Origin: Deltaproteobacteria bacterium
GTDB lineage: Bacteria > Desulfobacterota > Deferrimicrobia > Deferrimicrobiales > Deferrimicrobiaceae
Direction: 5' to 3'
NCBI GenBank assembly: GCA_021815305.1
Contig: JAKAHC010000010.1
Span: forward strand, 7,997-71,996
DNA: 64,000 nucleotides
Shown here: positions 1-9,567 of the stretch, in pieces
How positions within the stretch are numbered: position 1 is the first letter of the stretch
Layout of the letters: every line of letters starts with the position of its first letter
Position numbers and translations under genes: made by a program
Notes under the pieces: model-generated
Databases searched by the model: none
What the model was told of the DNA's origin: nothing
What the model saw: only the letters and a program-made list of their open reading frames with translations

Positions 1-1625
1 CCCGGGTCGGACCCCGAGTAGAAGAGGTAGTAATCGGCCCCCACTTCCTTCGGCGTGGACGGGATGACGTACCACATCGGATCGTCCTCGTGGACCTTCT
101 GGTTCACGGCCTTGACGACGTCCGCAAGGGAAATCGCACCCCCGACCTTCGGCAGGCCCGTAATGAAGCGCTGGTACTTCTCCATGAGCGAGAGGACTTC
201 GGGTTCCCTCAGGACCCCCTTGTCTCCCTGGATCACCACGGACAGGGCGTCGGTGCCGAAGAAGTCCTCGTTGATCTTCTTGGTGTCCTTGTTGTACAGG
301 GAGTCCTCCCAAAGGAGAGGAGAGCCGGGGTGGAGGCTTCCGATGTCCAGGTGGCGCGCATAGTAGACCCCCGCCCCGAACAGGACGACCATGACCCCGA
401 GGACCACCACACGTTCGGTTTTGTTGAAAATCGAGTGGGATATCCTCGTCAGCAGTCTCTCGAACAACCCCCCGACCACGTGCTTGTCCTTATGATCGTC
501 CGCCAGGCGGGGCATGAAGGAGAGAAGGATCGGAAGGGCCAGTATGTCGAGAAGGACCGCGCAGATCATGCCCAGGGAGGCGGTGATGGCGAGTTCCTGG
601 ATGGCGCCGATCGGAATGATCGCGAGAACTCCGAACCCGGCAAGGTTCGTACCCAGGGCGGCGATCCCCGGGATCATGATCTCCCCGAGGGCCTCCTCGG
701 CGGTATGGACTCCCCCGCGGCCCCGCAGGACCGACTTCTCCACGTACCGGATGATCATCTGGTTGGAATGGCTCACCGAGATCACCAGGACCAGGAAAGG
801 CACGATGGTCGTCATGGGGTTCAAGGTGAAGTGAAGGACCTCCATCAGGCCGAGGCCCCAGACCGTCGTGGCCCCGGAGATGGCGATGTGCAGAAGGGGG
901 ATCCTCAGGTTCATGAAGTGCAGGTAGAGGATCCCGAGGACGAGGAGAATCGAGAAACCGAAGAGCCAGAGGATCTTGGGCATCACCTTGATCACTTCTC
1001 CGACCACGATGGGCTCTCCGGAGACGTAGATGGCCGTGTTGGCGTCGATCTCCCGGTCGACGATTTTCCGGATCCCGGAATACACCTGCCGGTAGTTGAC
1101 CCCCTTCTCGTAGACGTCCGCCATGATCAGCGCCGCTTTCCCGTCGATGGAGACGAGAACCCCGAAAACGGCATCGTCGGACATGCAGGCCCGCCGCAGG
1201 GCGGTGATCGCCTCGGGGGTCTTGGGGACTTCCGGCCAGAGGAACGGCGTCTTTTCCATCCCCCATGCGGTGGCCTTCGTCTCCTTGACCTTCTTGGCCC
1301 CGATGGAGATCACCTTGTAACGGTCGATCCCCGGCACGAACTGGATGTCGTCGGTGATCCGGCGGATTTTGGAGAGCGTTTCGTAGTTGAAGATGTCGCC
1401 CTGCTTGGCGGCGACTTCGATGGTGATCAGGTTCGCCCCCCCGAAGACCTCCTGGAACTCCTTGTAGGTTTTCACATACGGATGGCTCCGCGGGAGTAGC
1501 TTCTCGAAATCGTAGGAAAGTTTCAGGTGGGTCGCCCTCCACCCGAAGAATACGGTGAAGAGGGACACCAGCACCAGGAAAGGAACCCTGAGCCTCAAGA
1601 TGACGGATGCGACTTTCTTGTCCAT
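1..1625 (-). CDS. MMPL/RND-family transporter permease (runs off the window at its 3' end)
   Basis: Not in the ORF track; read manually. ATG at 1625 overlaps the upstream stop (TAATG). Frame is MDKKVASVILRLRVPFLVLVSLFTVFFGWRATHLKLSYDFEKLLPRSHPYV... with TM segments and an ALGTNLAGFGVLAIIPIGAIQELAITASLG helix pair, open to position 1. Context is the YCF48/DUF1329/DUF1302 module. Confidence 0.85.
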   Translation of the reverse strand, partial: MDKKVASVILRLRVPFLVLVSLFTVFFGWRATHLKLSYDFEKLLPRSHPYVKTYKEFQEVFGGANLITIEVAAKQGDIFNYETLSKIRRITDDIQFVPGIDRYKVISIGAKKVKETKATAWGMEKTPFLWPEVPKTPEAITALRRACMSDDAVFGVLVSIDGKAALIMADVYEKGVNYRQVYSGIRKIVDREIDANTAIYVSGEPIVVGEVIKVMPKILWLFGFSILLVLGILYLHFMNLRIPLLHIAISGATTVWGLGLMEVLHFTLNPMTTIVPFLVLVISVSHSNQMIIRYVEKSVLRGRGGVHTAEEALGEIMIPGIAALGTNLAGFGVLAIIPIGAIQELAITASLGMICAVLLDILALPILLSFMPRLADDHKDKHVVGGLFERLLTRISHSIFNKTERVVVLGVMVVLFGAGVYYARHLDIGSLHPGSPLLWEDSLYNKDTKKINEDFFGTDALSVVIQGDKGVLREPEVLSLMEKYQRFITGLPKVGGAISLADVVKAVNQKVHEDDPMWYVIPSTPKEVGADYYLFYSGSDP

Positions 1626-2581
1626 TATTTCGCCCTGCCTTTGTCAAGAATGTCCTCGAGGCGCAGAATCGTCCCGTGCGCGCCCACGGCAAACCCTTTC
1701 CCATCGCCCTCCAGCAGGATCCCCGAGAGCCAGTTCAGGGTCTTGGTGTCGATCATGGCCCATCTCCCGCCGGAATTCCGGGCGGTCAAGGCCCCGCGAA
1801 GCCCTATCGCCACGGCGACATGGCCGTTGGAGCGGATCCCGATGAGATGGTCCCTGGTGCCGCTGTCCTCCTTTCGCCATGTCCTTCCGCCGTCGCTTGT
1901 CGCGATGAGGCTCCCATCGATCCCCGCGGCATACCCGGAATTCGAATTGGAAAAATCCACTGCGAAAAGGGTCGTGGTCACCGGCGAGACGGGACGCGAG
2001 AAGGAGGAGCCGCCGTCGACGGTCTTGAAGATCGTCCCGAACTCTCCGACGAGGAAACCCGTCTTCTCGTTGACGAAGCTCATCCCCCGAAGGGCTAAAT
2101 CCTCGCCGACCGATTTGTTCTCCCATGTTTTGCCTCCGTCGGCCGTACGGAGAAAAAGCCCGTAATACCCGCAGGCGAACCCCACCTTCTCCGAAAGGAA
2201 CTGGATTTTGAAGATCGGGTACTTCGTCCCCGTCGCCTGGAGAACCCACGTCGCCCCTCCGTCCTCGGTGTGGAGGATGGTTCCGTTGCCTCCCGAGCAC
2301 CAGCCGCGCCGGGCGTCGGCAAAGCTTACCGAGAAGAGGTTCTCCTTGATGCCGCTGGTCTGGAGAAACCAATTTTTCCCGCCATCGGAGGAACGGAGGA
2401 TCCGGCCGTTGTTCCCGACGATCCATAAAAACTTCGGTGTGGCCGACGCCACATCGTAGAAATTATCGAAGTAATCGTATTTCCATGGGGTTTCCATGGC
2501 TTGGGCGGGCAGGGAAACCATCGCGAGAACGTACCAGAAAAAAAGGATTGCCCACGGAATGAATTGCCCCTTTCTTCGCAT
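1625..2581 (-). CDS. YCF48-like / BNR-repeat beta-propeller periplasmic protein
   Basis: Signal peptide and repeated SxDGGxTW motifs (SSDGGKNW, TEDGGATW, TADGGKTW, TVDGGSSF, TSDGGRTW). Start moved to ATG 2581 with a GAGGTGG RBS. Confidence 0.88.
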   Translation of the reverse strand: MRRKGQFIPWAILFFWYVLAMVSLPAQAMETPWKYDYFDNFYDVASATPKFLWIVGNNGRILRSSDGGKNWFLQTSGIKENLFSVSFADARRGWCSGGNGTILHTEDGGATWVLQATGTKYPIFKIQFLSEKVGFACGYYGLFLRTADGGKTWENKSVGEDLALRGMSFVNEKTGFLVGEFGTIFKTVDGGSSFSRPVSPVTTTLFAVDFSNSNSGYAAGIDGSLIATSDGGRTWRKEDSGTRDHLIGIRSNGHVAVAIGLRGALTARNSGGRWAMIDTKTLNWLSGILLEGDGKGFAVGAHGTILRLEDILDKGRAK

Positions 2582-2624
2582 GTCCCCACCTCTTGCATGG
2601 ATTCGCCCGCCTGTACCCCGGCCC

Positions 2625-2672
2625 ATCATGATCCCGCCCGAGATTCCCAACAATCCCTCTTAAGGACTGTTC
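2625..2672 (-). promoter_or_regulatory. Predicted sigma70-type promoter P3 with upstream activator box
   Basis: Minus strand reads GAACAGTCCTTAAGAGGGA-TTGTTG-17 nt-CATGAT. Same architecture as the sites at 11154-11201 and 17070-17117. Confidence 0.55.
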
Positions 2673-2830
2673 TCGCTCCTCCAAAGGAGAACAACATTTA
2701 TCCTGTGATTACGGTTAGTTATAGATATCCAGGGATGGAGGGGCAGGCCGCGTGATCCCGCTGTCCCGATGCATCTCGGAGCCTTCGCAGACGGTTCCCC
2801 CGGATCGAGCCGACCCGGTTGCCGGCGGAT

Positions 2831-3019
2831 TTATTCCAGCACGATGGCCCTGACGGGGCACACTTCGATGCAGATCTTGCATTCATCGCATCGGTCCCCG
2901 TCGACCTCCGCTTTCCCGCCGGCCAGGCGGATGGCATCGTAAGGGCAGTTGAAGATGCATTCCTGCCGTTCCCGCCCCGCGCATGCATCGCACGCGTCCC
3001 TGTTCACCAATGCCGGCAT
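2831..3019 (-). CDS. 2x[4Fe-4S] ferredoxin (62 aa)
   Basis: C-terminal part of the long track ORF 2831..5902: MPALVNRDACDACAGRERQECIFNCP...CDECKICIEVCP, two Cys clusters. Confidence 0.85.
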   Translation of the reverse strand: MPALVNRDACDACAGRERQECIFNCPYDAIRLAGGKAEVDGDRCDECKICIEVCPVRAIVLE

Positions 3020-3072
3020 CGGTCGACCTTTCGTTGGAAGTATTTCCGGGAGCGCTTCCGCCCGGGTTCCCG

Positions 3073-5079
3073 TCAGATCCTGGCTCCGGCGAGCCTTCCC
3101 CCGTACACGGCGTCCGCCACGGAACGCGGGCTGACGCAATCCCCGATTTCGTGGAGTTCCGCCGGGATCCCCTGGAGTTCGTCGATCAGTCTCCGATTCG
3201 CGGTCCTTCCCAGGGAGAGCACGACCGTATCGGCCCCGACGAGGCTTCTGTTTCCCCCGGCGTCGGAAACCAGCACGCCCGCCTTCTCGATCCGCAAGAC
3301 TTTCGTGGAGAACATCGCTTTCACGTTCCTCTCCTGCAGCATCCCGAAGAGGATGGGGAGCGCCCGGATGGGACCGAGCCGGTTCATGGCGACGGTCTCC
3401 GCTTCCCGGATGACCGTCACGTCCTTCCCCTGGTCGGCCAGGGTGATCGCGGTCTCCACGTCCCAGAACGCCCCGCCGACGACGACGACCCTCTTCCCGG
3501 TCGCAGCCCCTTCGAGCAGGACGTTCTCCTCCGTTATGACGATCGGCTCGTCCGCCCCCTCGATCTCCCGGTTCGGAGAGGATCCGGTCGCCACGATCAC
3601 GGCGTCGGGGGAGATTTCCGCGACCAGTTCCCTCGTGACTTCCGTGTTCAGGCGGACCTTGACTCCGAGTCTCTCGATCTGCCGCGTGTGCCACCGGGTG
3701 AAGGTCCTCCATTCGCGCGTAAGGGGAGCGGCCGCCGCCACGCGCAGCGTGCCCCCCAACCGGTCCTCCTTCTCGCAGAGCGTGACGTCGTGTCCCCGTT
3801 CGCGGGCCACCCGCGCGGCCTCCATGCCTCCCGGCCCCCCGCCGACCACGAGGACCTTCCTCGGCCGGGCGGCGGGCGCGACCTTCGGAAGGATCAGCTC
3901 TCTCGCCGAATCCGCGTTGATCGCGCAATACTTGGTCCAGCCCGATTCCGTCATGCAATATCCGCATGCGACGCACATCCGGACGTCGTCCGGCCTCCCT
4001 TCGATCATCTTCCTCGGCATGAGAGGATCCGCCATGAGGGGCCGGGAAAGAGCGGCGACGTCGCACCGGTCGCTCTCGATCGCCCGCAGGATCATCCGCG
4101 GATCGCAAAGCCGCCCCGCGACGATCACCGGCAATTTCGTCACCTTCTTGACCGCCTCGGAATGGTGCAGCCAGGTTCCCCGCGCGTCGTACATGGGAGG
4201 AATGATCCGGTGCGGGGTATGGTCGAGCACGCCCGCCGACAGGTCGATCGCGTCGACGCCCGCTTCGTCGAGCCGCGGCACCACGTGACGGAGCGTGTCC
4301 TCGAACCGGATCCCGGCCGCCCCCAGCCCCTGGTCGGCGGCGATCCGTACGATCAACGGGTACCCCTTGCCCACCGCCGCCCGGGTCGCCTGCACGATCT
4401 CGCACGGCAGGCGCATGCGGTTCTCCCAGCCGCCGCCGAACGCGTCGGTCCTCACGTTGGTGTACGGGGAGATGAAATCCATGATGAGCGTCACGTTGGC
4501 GAAGTGGAGGTTGACGGCGTCGTACCCTGCCTTCTTGGCCCGCAGGGCCGCCAGCACGTGCATCCGGACCACCTGCTCGATCTCTTCCTGCGAGATCTCC
4601 CGGACCGGAGCGGGCGGCATCGTGTTTGCGGCATGCCACGTCCCATCCTTCCTCGTCAGCTCCCATTTGGGCGCCGCCAGGAAGGGCACCTTGGCCGAGG
4701 CGCCCCACGGGAGCATCCCCGGGTCCGCCTGCGCCCAGTACCGGGCCGCTGCCCTTCCGGGATGGTAGATCTGCTGGCATGCCCTGGCCCCGTGGACCTT
4801 GATCCCCTCCGCGAGCCGTTGCAGCCCGAAAATACATTCGTCGTCCGCGATGGACAGGGCGTTCGGGAACACTTCCCCCGTCGGGCCGGGATCGACGGTC
4901 GCCCCCCCGACGCACACCATGCTCACCCCGCTCCTGGCGTACGTGTCGTTGATGGCGAAGTACGCCTCCGTGGGGTGCCCCCGGTAACACATCTCGTGGA
5001 TCGTCGGGGCCATGACGATCCGGTTGGAAAGCACCATCGACCCGATGGCTACGGGTGTGAACGCCTTCTCTGTTCCCAT
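3073..5079 (-). CDS. NADH:flavin oxidoreductase (OYE / 2,4-dienoyl-CoA reductase-like, FMN-FeS-FAD)
   Basis: LSNRIVMAP and RTDAFGGGWENRMR TIM-barrel motifs, CVACGYC Fe-S motif, VLVVGGGPGGMEAA FAD-binding fold. Confidence 0.9.
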   Translation of the reverse strand: MGTEKAFTPVAIGSMVLSNRIVMAPTIHEMCYRGHPTEAYFAINDTYARSGVSMVCVGGATVDPGPTGEVFPNALSIADDECIFGLQRLAEGIKVHGARACQQIYHPGRAAARYWAQADPGMLPWGASAKVPFLAAPKWELTRKDGTWHAANTMPPAPVREISQEEIEQVVRMHVLAALRAKKAGYDAVNLHFANVTLIMDFISPYTNVRTDAFGGGWENRMRLPCEIVQATRAAVGKGYPLIVRIAADQGLGAAGIRFEDTLRHVVPRLDEAGVDAIDLSAGVLDHTPHRIIPPMYDARGTWLHHSEAVKKVTKLPVIVAGRLCDPRMILRAIESDRCDVAALSRPLMADPLMPRKMIEGRPDDVRMCVACGYCMTESGWTKYCAINADSARELILPKVAPAARPRKVLVVGGGPGGMEAARVARERGHDVTLCEKEDRLGGTLRVAAAAPLTREWRTFTRWHTRQIERLGVKVRLNTEVTRELVAEISPDAVIVATGSSPNREIEGADEPIVITEENVLLEGAATGKRVVVVGGAFWDVETAITLADQGKDVTVIREAETVAMNRLGPIRALPILFGMLQERNVKAMFSTKVLRIEKAGVLVSDAGGNRSLVGADTVVLSLGRTANRRLIDELQGIPAELHEIGDCVSPRSVADAVYGGRLAGARI

Positions 5080-5136
5080 GGACTCTCCCTTTCCCTCGTA
5101 CCGGGGATGCTTCCGGCCCCGCGCGCGCGGCGCGGG

Positions 5137-6510
5137 TCATTTCCCATTGTAGTTCTTCTCGATGAACCGGGTCTTGTTCATGGACCGTTCCAGGGCGCCG
5201 GGAGGAAGCCACTGGATCCGCGGCGTGACCTTCAGCCGGCTCTTCATCCTTTCCTGGATCTCCCGTTCCAGGGCGGGAAGATCGGTTTCCGCGACGTGCT
5301 CTCCGCGCTCGATCTTCAGGCACAGCGGCGGGACGACCCTCGGCGGCGGTTCCGAAAGGACGATCCGGAACTCCCCCGTGACCCGGGGGGTGAAGCCGGA
5401 GATCACTCCGTCGATGGCCGCGGGATAAACGATGATGCCCTTCACTTTCAGCATGTCGTCGCAGCGGCCGATGATCCTGTACCGAAAGCCGGTGGCCCCA
5501 CAGGGGCACGGCTCGGTGAACACCTGGCACACGTCTCCGATGGTTTCGCGGAACCAGAGGAACCCTTCCCCTTCCAGCGTCGTGAAGACCGGCAACCCCC
5601 TGGCGCCGTCCTCGAACCGCACCGGCTCGTAGGTTTCGGGATCCACCAGCTCGAAGAGAACCGTGTCGTCCGCGACGTGGTGCATCCCCTGGTACTCGGG
5701 GTGGTCGCACGAAATCCCGAAGCCCGCCCCGCTGTCGGAAAGCTTCGCGCCGTAAGCGGCCTCGAGGTTGCGGCGCACCTCCGGGATTCCCGCGCCCGGC
5801 TCGCCGCCGCAGAAGAGCCGCTTGATGCCCAGTTCGCCGACGGCGCGGCCGAGATGTTCCGGCGCCTTCGCTGCAAGGTGCTCGGCCAGGGACGGGGTGC
5901 ACGCGAGGACGTTCGCCTTGAAGAGGCTAGCGAACTTCAGGATCTTCTCCGTGCCCCCTTCCGCTCCCACCGGGAAAAGGCAGGCTCCGCTCCTCTGGAA
6001 GAACTGGAGGTACGGAACCCCCGCCAGCCACATGCTCAATCCGAAGGCGTGGACGATCCTGTCCCCGGGGCCGACGCCGATCCGCCACAACATGCGGGCG
6101 AGGTTTTCCGACAGCCAGTCGATGTCGCGCGCGGTCATGGGATACGGAGTCGGTTCCCCGGTGGTCCCCGACGTCGCCGCCATCAGGACGAGGTTCTCCA
6201 TCGGGACGCCGATCGTCGCGTCCACGACGCGGGTCATGTCCATCCCGCACGCCTCCGCGAGTTCCCGGCGCTGGACCTTGTCGAACACGGGCACGCTCCG
6301 GCCGTAATCCTCCAGCGTCCTGATCCGGTCGGGCCGGACGCCGGCTCCTTTCATCCGGTCCCGCCAGAACGGCTTCCCCTCGTAGAGCCGCGCAGCCAGC
6401 TTCCTGAGCTTCTCCAGCTGGAGCGCCCGCATTTCCCGCGTGTTGAGGAGCGGCTCCATCTCCATGTTCCGGTAGGTCCGCCCGGAAAGGTTCGTCGGCA
6501 CGCCGGTCAA
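5137..6510 (-). CDS. Phenylacetate-CoA ligase (PaaK) family acyl/aryl-CoA ligase, copy 1
   Basis: ATSGTTGEP P-loop, GGEPGAG, IIGRCDDMLKVKGIIVYP. TTG start uncertain. Confidence 0.85.
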   Translation of the reverse strand: MTGVPTNLSGRTYRNMEMEPLLNTREMRALQLEKLRKLAARLYEGKPFWRDRMKGAGVRPDRIRTLEDYGRSVPVFDKVQRRELAEACGMDMTRVVDATIGVPMENLVLMAATSGTTGEPTPYPMTARDIDWLSENLARMLWRIGVGPGDRIVHAFGLSMWLAGVPYLQFFQRSGACLFPVGAEGGTEKILKFASLFKANVLACTPSLAEHLAAKAPEHLGRAVGELGIKRLFCGGEPGAGIPEVRRNLEAAYGAKLSDSGAGFGISCDHPEYQGMHHVADDTVLFELVDPETYEPVRFEDGARGLPVFTTLEGEGFLWFRETIGDVCQVFTEPCPCGATGFRYRIIGRCDDMLKVKGIIVYPAAIDGVISGFTPRVTGEFRIVLSEPPPRVVPPLCLKIERGEHVAETDLPALEREIQERMKSRLKVTPRIQWLPPGALERSMNKTRFIEKNYNGK

Positions 6511-6523
6511 CCCCGCCCCATGC

Positions 6524-7687
6524 TCAATTTTTCAGTATGTGGATGAAGCAGCTGGCCGTATCCGTGTGGATGAAGCCGCCGCCGTTGTGCTGGAGGGCCA
6601 CGCGAGCCCCTTCGACCTGCCGCTTCCCCGCCTGCCCGCGAAGCTGGCGGACAAGCTCCACGATCTGCGAGATCCCCGTCGCGCCGATGACGTGCCCCTT
6701 GGAGAGGAGTCCCCCGCTCGTGTTCACCGGCGTCTTCCCGCCGATTCCGGACTGCCCCTCCTCGACGAACCGGCCGCCTTCCCCTTTTCGGCAGAATCCC
6801 AGGTCCTCGTAATGGACGAGTTCCGCGACGCTGAAGCAGTCATGGACCTCGGCGAGATCGATGTCCCCGGGGCCGAGGCCCGCCATCCGGTAGGCCGCCT
6901 CCGCGGCGCGCACGTCGGTGTCGAAAAAGGTGTAGCTGCCCGCGTCGGAGTAGCTCCCGGAGACCTGCACCGAGGCGGCCACGGAAACGGGGGCGGAGTT
7001 GAACCTTCGCGCGATCCCGGCGGCCGAGAGCACCACGGCCGCGGCCCCGTCCCCCCTGGGACAGCATTGGGGCAGGGTCAGGGGGTCGCAGATCATGCGC
7101 GCGTTCAGCACTTCCTCGAGCGTGACGGGGTCGGTCAGCTGGGCTTCGGGGTTGAGCGCTCCGTATCTCCGGTTCTTCACCGCCACCATTGCGATCTGTT
7201 CCCGGGTCGTCCCGAACTCCGCCATGTGCCTTCGGGCCATGAGGGCGAAGAGCCCCGGCGCCGAATTGCCCATGTCCCCGTCCCGTTCCGCGTGCTGCCG
7301 CCCGGTGAACACGTTGAGGATCTTCTCCGAACCCGTAACCGTCATCTGCTCCACGCCGAAGGCCAGCGCGGTATCGCAGGCGCCGGTCGCCACCTTGTAC
7401 CAGGCCTCCCGGAAGGCGCAGGATCCCGTGGCGCAGCCGTTTTCCACGCGGGAGATGGGGATCTTCGTCAGGCCCAGCTCGCGGAGCACGGAATGGCCGA
7501 TCAGGAGCCCCTGGCCCCATTCCCACTGCGCAAGGTTCCCGGCATAGGCGAGCTGGATATCCCTGGGCTTCATGCCGGCGTCCCGGATGGCGTTGATGCA
7601 TGCCTCCTCTCCCAACGCCCGGATCGACCGGTCGGCGTATTTCCCGAACCGCATCCCCCCGACGCCCACGATGGCGACCTCTCTCAC
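6524..7687 (-). CDS. SCP2-type thiolase family protein, copy 1
   Basis: VENGCATGS, EVHDCFS, NTSGGLLSKGHVIGATG and HNGGG motifs. GTG start overlaps the upstream stop (GTGA). Confidence 0.9.
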   Translation of the reverse strand: MREVAIVGVGGMRFGKYADRSIRALGEEACINAIRDAGMKPRDIQLAYAGNLAQWEWGQGLLIGHSVLRELGLTKIPISRVENGCATGSCAFREAWYKVATGACDTALAFGVEQMTVTGSEKILNVFTGRQHAERDGDMGNSAPGLFALMARRHMAEFGTTREQIAMVAVKNRRYGALNPEAQLTDPVTLEEVLNARMICDPLTLPQCCPRGDGAAAVVLSAAGIARRFNSAPVSVAASVQVSGSYSDAGSYTFFDTDVRAAEAAYRMAGLGPGDIDLAEVHDCFSVAELVHYEDLGFCRKGEGGRFVEEGQSGIGGKTPVNTSGGLLSKGHVIGATGISQIVELVRQLRGQAGKRQVEGARVALQHNGGGFIHTDTASCFIHILKN

Positions 7688-8112
7688 GGGTTCCCCTCCG
7701 GGACCGGACGGAACTTGTAGCCGACGATCTCGTTCCCCTCTTCGTCGCGGCGGATCGTCTCGATCACCATTTCCACGTCCATGCCCACCTTGAGCACCTT
7801 GTCCCACGGCTCGCATTGCGTGATGAGCGAGAAAAGCTTGATCCCCTCCGGCAACTCGACGAAACCGATCACGAACGGCGTGGGGATCCCTCCCGGACCC
7901 ATGTGGGAAAGGGCGAACGTGTGAAGCTTCCCTTTCCGGCTCAACGGGACCTTCTTCCTGGCCGGATCGAAGCAGTTCGGGCAGACCGGCTTCTCGGGGA
8001 AAAAGATCCCGCCGCAGGCGAGACACTGCCCCCCCGCGAGGGCCAACCCGTCTCCGAAATCCCGGAACCAGCCCTCTTCGATGAGCTTCCTGTTGTCGCT
8101 GCGCGTCGACAC
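7684..8112 (-). CDS. Zn-ribbon / OB-fold (DUF35-like) thiolase partner protein
   Basis: CLACG..FFPEKPVCPNC zinc ribbon followed by an OB fold (GFVELPEG..VGMDVEM). GTG start at 8112 with GGAGAGGA RBS; coupled to the thiolase. Confidence 0.85.
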   Translation of the reverse strand: MSTRSDNRKLIEEGWFRDFGDGLALAGGQCLACGGIFFPEKPVCPNCFDPARKKVPLSRKGKLHTFALSHMGPGGIPTPFVIGFVELPEGIKLFSLITQCEPWDKVLKVGMDVEMVIETIRRDEEGNEIVGYKFRPVPEGNP

Positions 8113-8345
8113 GCATTCCTCTCCCGGAAGAAGATCCATCGTATCGAACATCCGAAATCCGGCCCCCCTGTTCCCTCTCCTTCCGGCCGATGCCGGTTTT
8201 CCCGATGGCAGGCCGGCGGAGGGATTCGACCCGGAGGAAACGGGAAGGGTCTCGGGGAAAATCCGCTTCCCCTTCCCGCTCCTCTCGGGGAGACGGCACA
8301 CTGCCTCCCAGGAGGGGACCGTAGGAGGCAAGTACCCTCTCCGGG

Positions 8346-9533
8346 CTATCTCGTCAACTCCTGGAGCTTCGTCGTGGAAAAGTCTTCTTCCGTGAGTCCT
8401 ATGTTGGTTTTCAGGATCGCGTTGTACGCCAGGGAGCACCTCTTGGCGATCAGGTCGTACATGTTCTGGTAATAGTTGAACATGACGTGATCTTTTTTCT
8501 TCACGGTCAACCCGGTTTCATTGTATTTCCAGAGCGATCCTCTTTTGTCCCACAGATCGTTGGCGCTTACCGCCCAGCTGTCCGCGTCCACGTAAACCCT
8601 TCTTTTCCCGTACACGTAATCCTTGTCCTTGTTGATTCCCTCGACGATCCATACATTCTTCAATTCATACCTTGCCTTGTCCGGGTCGAGGAACTTTCCG
8701 ATGGTCTTGGGATTGTTGGTCAGGGGATGGTACGCAACGATCATTTCCTTCTTTCCGATCAGTTTCCAGTTGTAGTCCGACACCTTGCCCGAAAATCCCC
8801 GGTAGTCGTCCCACGTGAAGTCCGTCCCCCCGAAGGTATCGCCGCGCTGCGCCACGGAGATGCGGCGGACCCTGCGGATGGTCGGGATGTACATCCACCC
8901 GTCATCCCCTTTTTTCGCATTCTGGTAACGCACGGTGAGCAACGCCAACCCGGCGATGTCCTCGGGGTAAAGGATTCCCGAGATCTCCTTCAGTTCCACG
9001 TGCTCCGAGTTCGGGATGACGGGTTTGGGATTGATCGTCAGCCGCCCCTGGTACGCGAGGCGCTTGTAGTATCCCTTGATCAGCTTGATCTTCCCGGTGC
9101 TGCTGATGCCTTCGATGTCGTACGTCGTCCAGAAGAAATCGTCCCCCGAATATTTGTATTCGTAGTTGTACATGACTTCCGCGCCCGTCTTCGGGTCGGG
9201 GAACGGAAGGCCCGCCGTGTAGTTCTCCAGGCCTCCGTCCTTGTTTACCCTGGCCGTACCCTTGTATTTTTCCGTTGCCTCGACGTATACCTTCGGGAAC
9301 TCGTAATCGTGGACCGTGTCGTACACGTTGGCCTTGTATCCCCAGTCCTTGATGAGCGTGTAAAGCCCCAGAGGCAACCTGTCCTTGTATTTTTCGACAT
9401 TCGCGTGTGTGATCGAATACTTCACCTCCCCGCCGAGGTAGCTCTTGTCCTCCGCGGAATACGCCGGGGAGCGCGGCATCATCAGGAAAGCGGCGACGGC
9501 GATCGCGAAAAGCGCTTGCTGGTATTTCTTCAT
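8346..9533 (-). CDS. DUF1329 family periplasmic protein (lipoprotein-sorting-like fold)
   Basis: Signal peptide, GLPFPDPKTGAEVMYN, WMYIPTIRRVRRI, YNWKLIGKKEM, YVYGKRRVYVDADSW. Confidence 0.85.
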   Translation of the reverse strand: MKKYQQALFAIAVAAFLMMPRSPAYSAEDKSYLGGEVKYSITHANVEKYKDRLPLGLYTLIKDWGYKANVYDTVHDYEFPKVYVEATEKYKGTARVNKDGGLENYTAGLPFPDPKTGAEVMYNYEYKYSGDDFFWTTYDIEGISSTGKIKLIKGYYKRLAYQGRLTINPKPVIPNSEHVELKEISGILYPEDIAGLALLTVRYQNAKKGDDGWMYIPTIRRVRRISVAQRGDTFGGTDFTWDDYRGFSGKVSDYNWKLIGKKEMIVAYHPLTNNPKTIGKFLDPDKARYELKNVWIVEGINKDKDYVYGKRRVYVDADSWAVSANDLWDKRGSLWKYNETGLTVKKKDHVMFNYYQNMYDLIAKRCSLAYNAILKTNIGLTEEDFSTTKLQELTR

Positions 9534-9567
9534 TTTTTCCTCCCTGGGTCGTCTACGGATCCGGAAT

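Noticed and set aside
2831-5902. Apparent 1023-aa protein ending in a ferredoxin
   Set aside because: Off-frame read-through over the OYE and ligase genes; the real ORF is the last 62 codons.
2983-6546. Very long plus-strand ORF (1187 aa), and similar ones at 20078..23173 and 22944..26264
   Set aside because: Antisense shadows of well-supported minus-strand genes in GC-rich DNA; no motifs, and Arg/Pro/Gly-biased composition.
8160-8340. Intergenic inverted repeat (CGGGAAGGG...CCCTTCCCG) as a terminator or sRNA
   Set aside because: A 9-bp stem with a long loop in GC-rich DNA and no U-tract; not distinguishable from chance.
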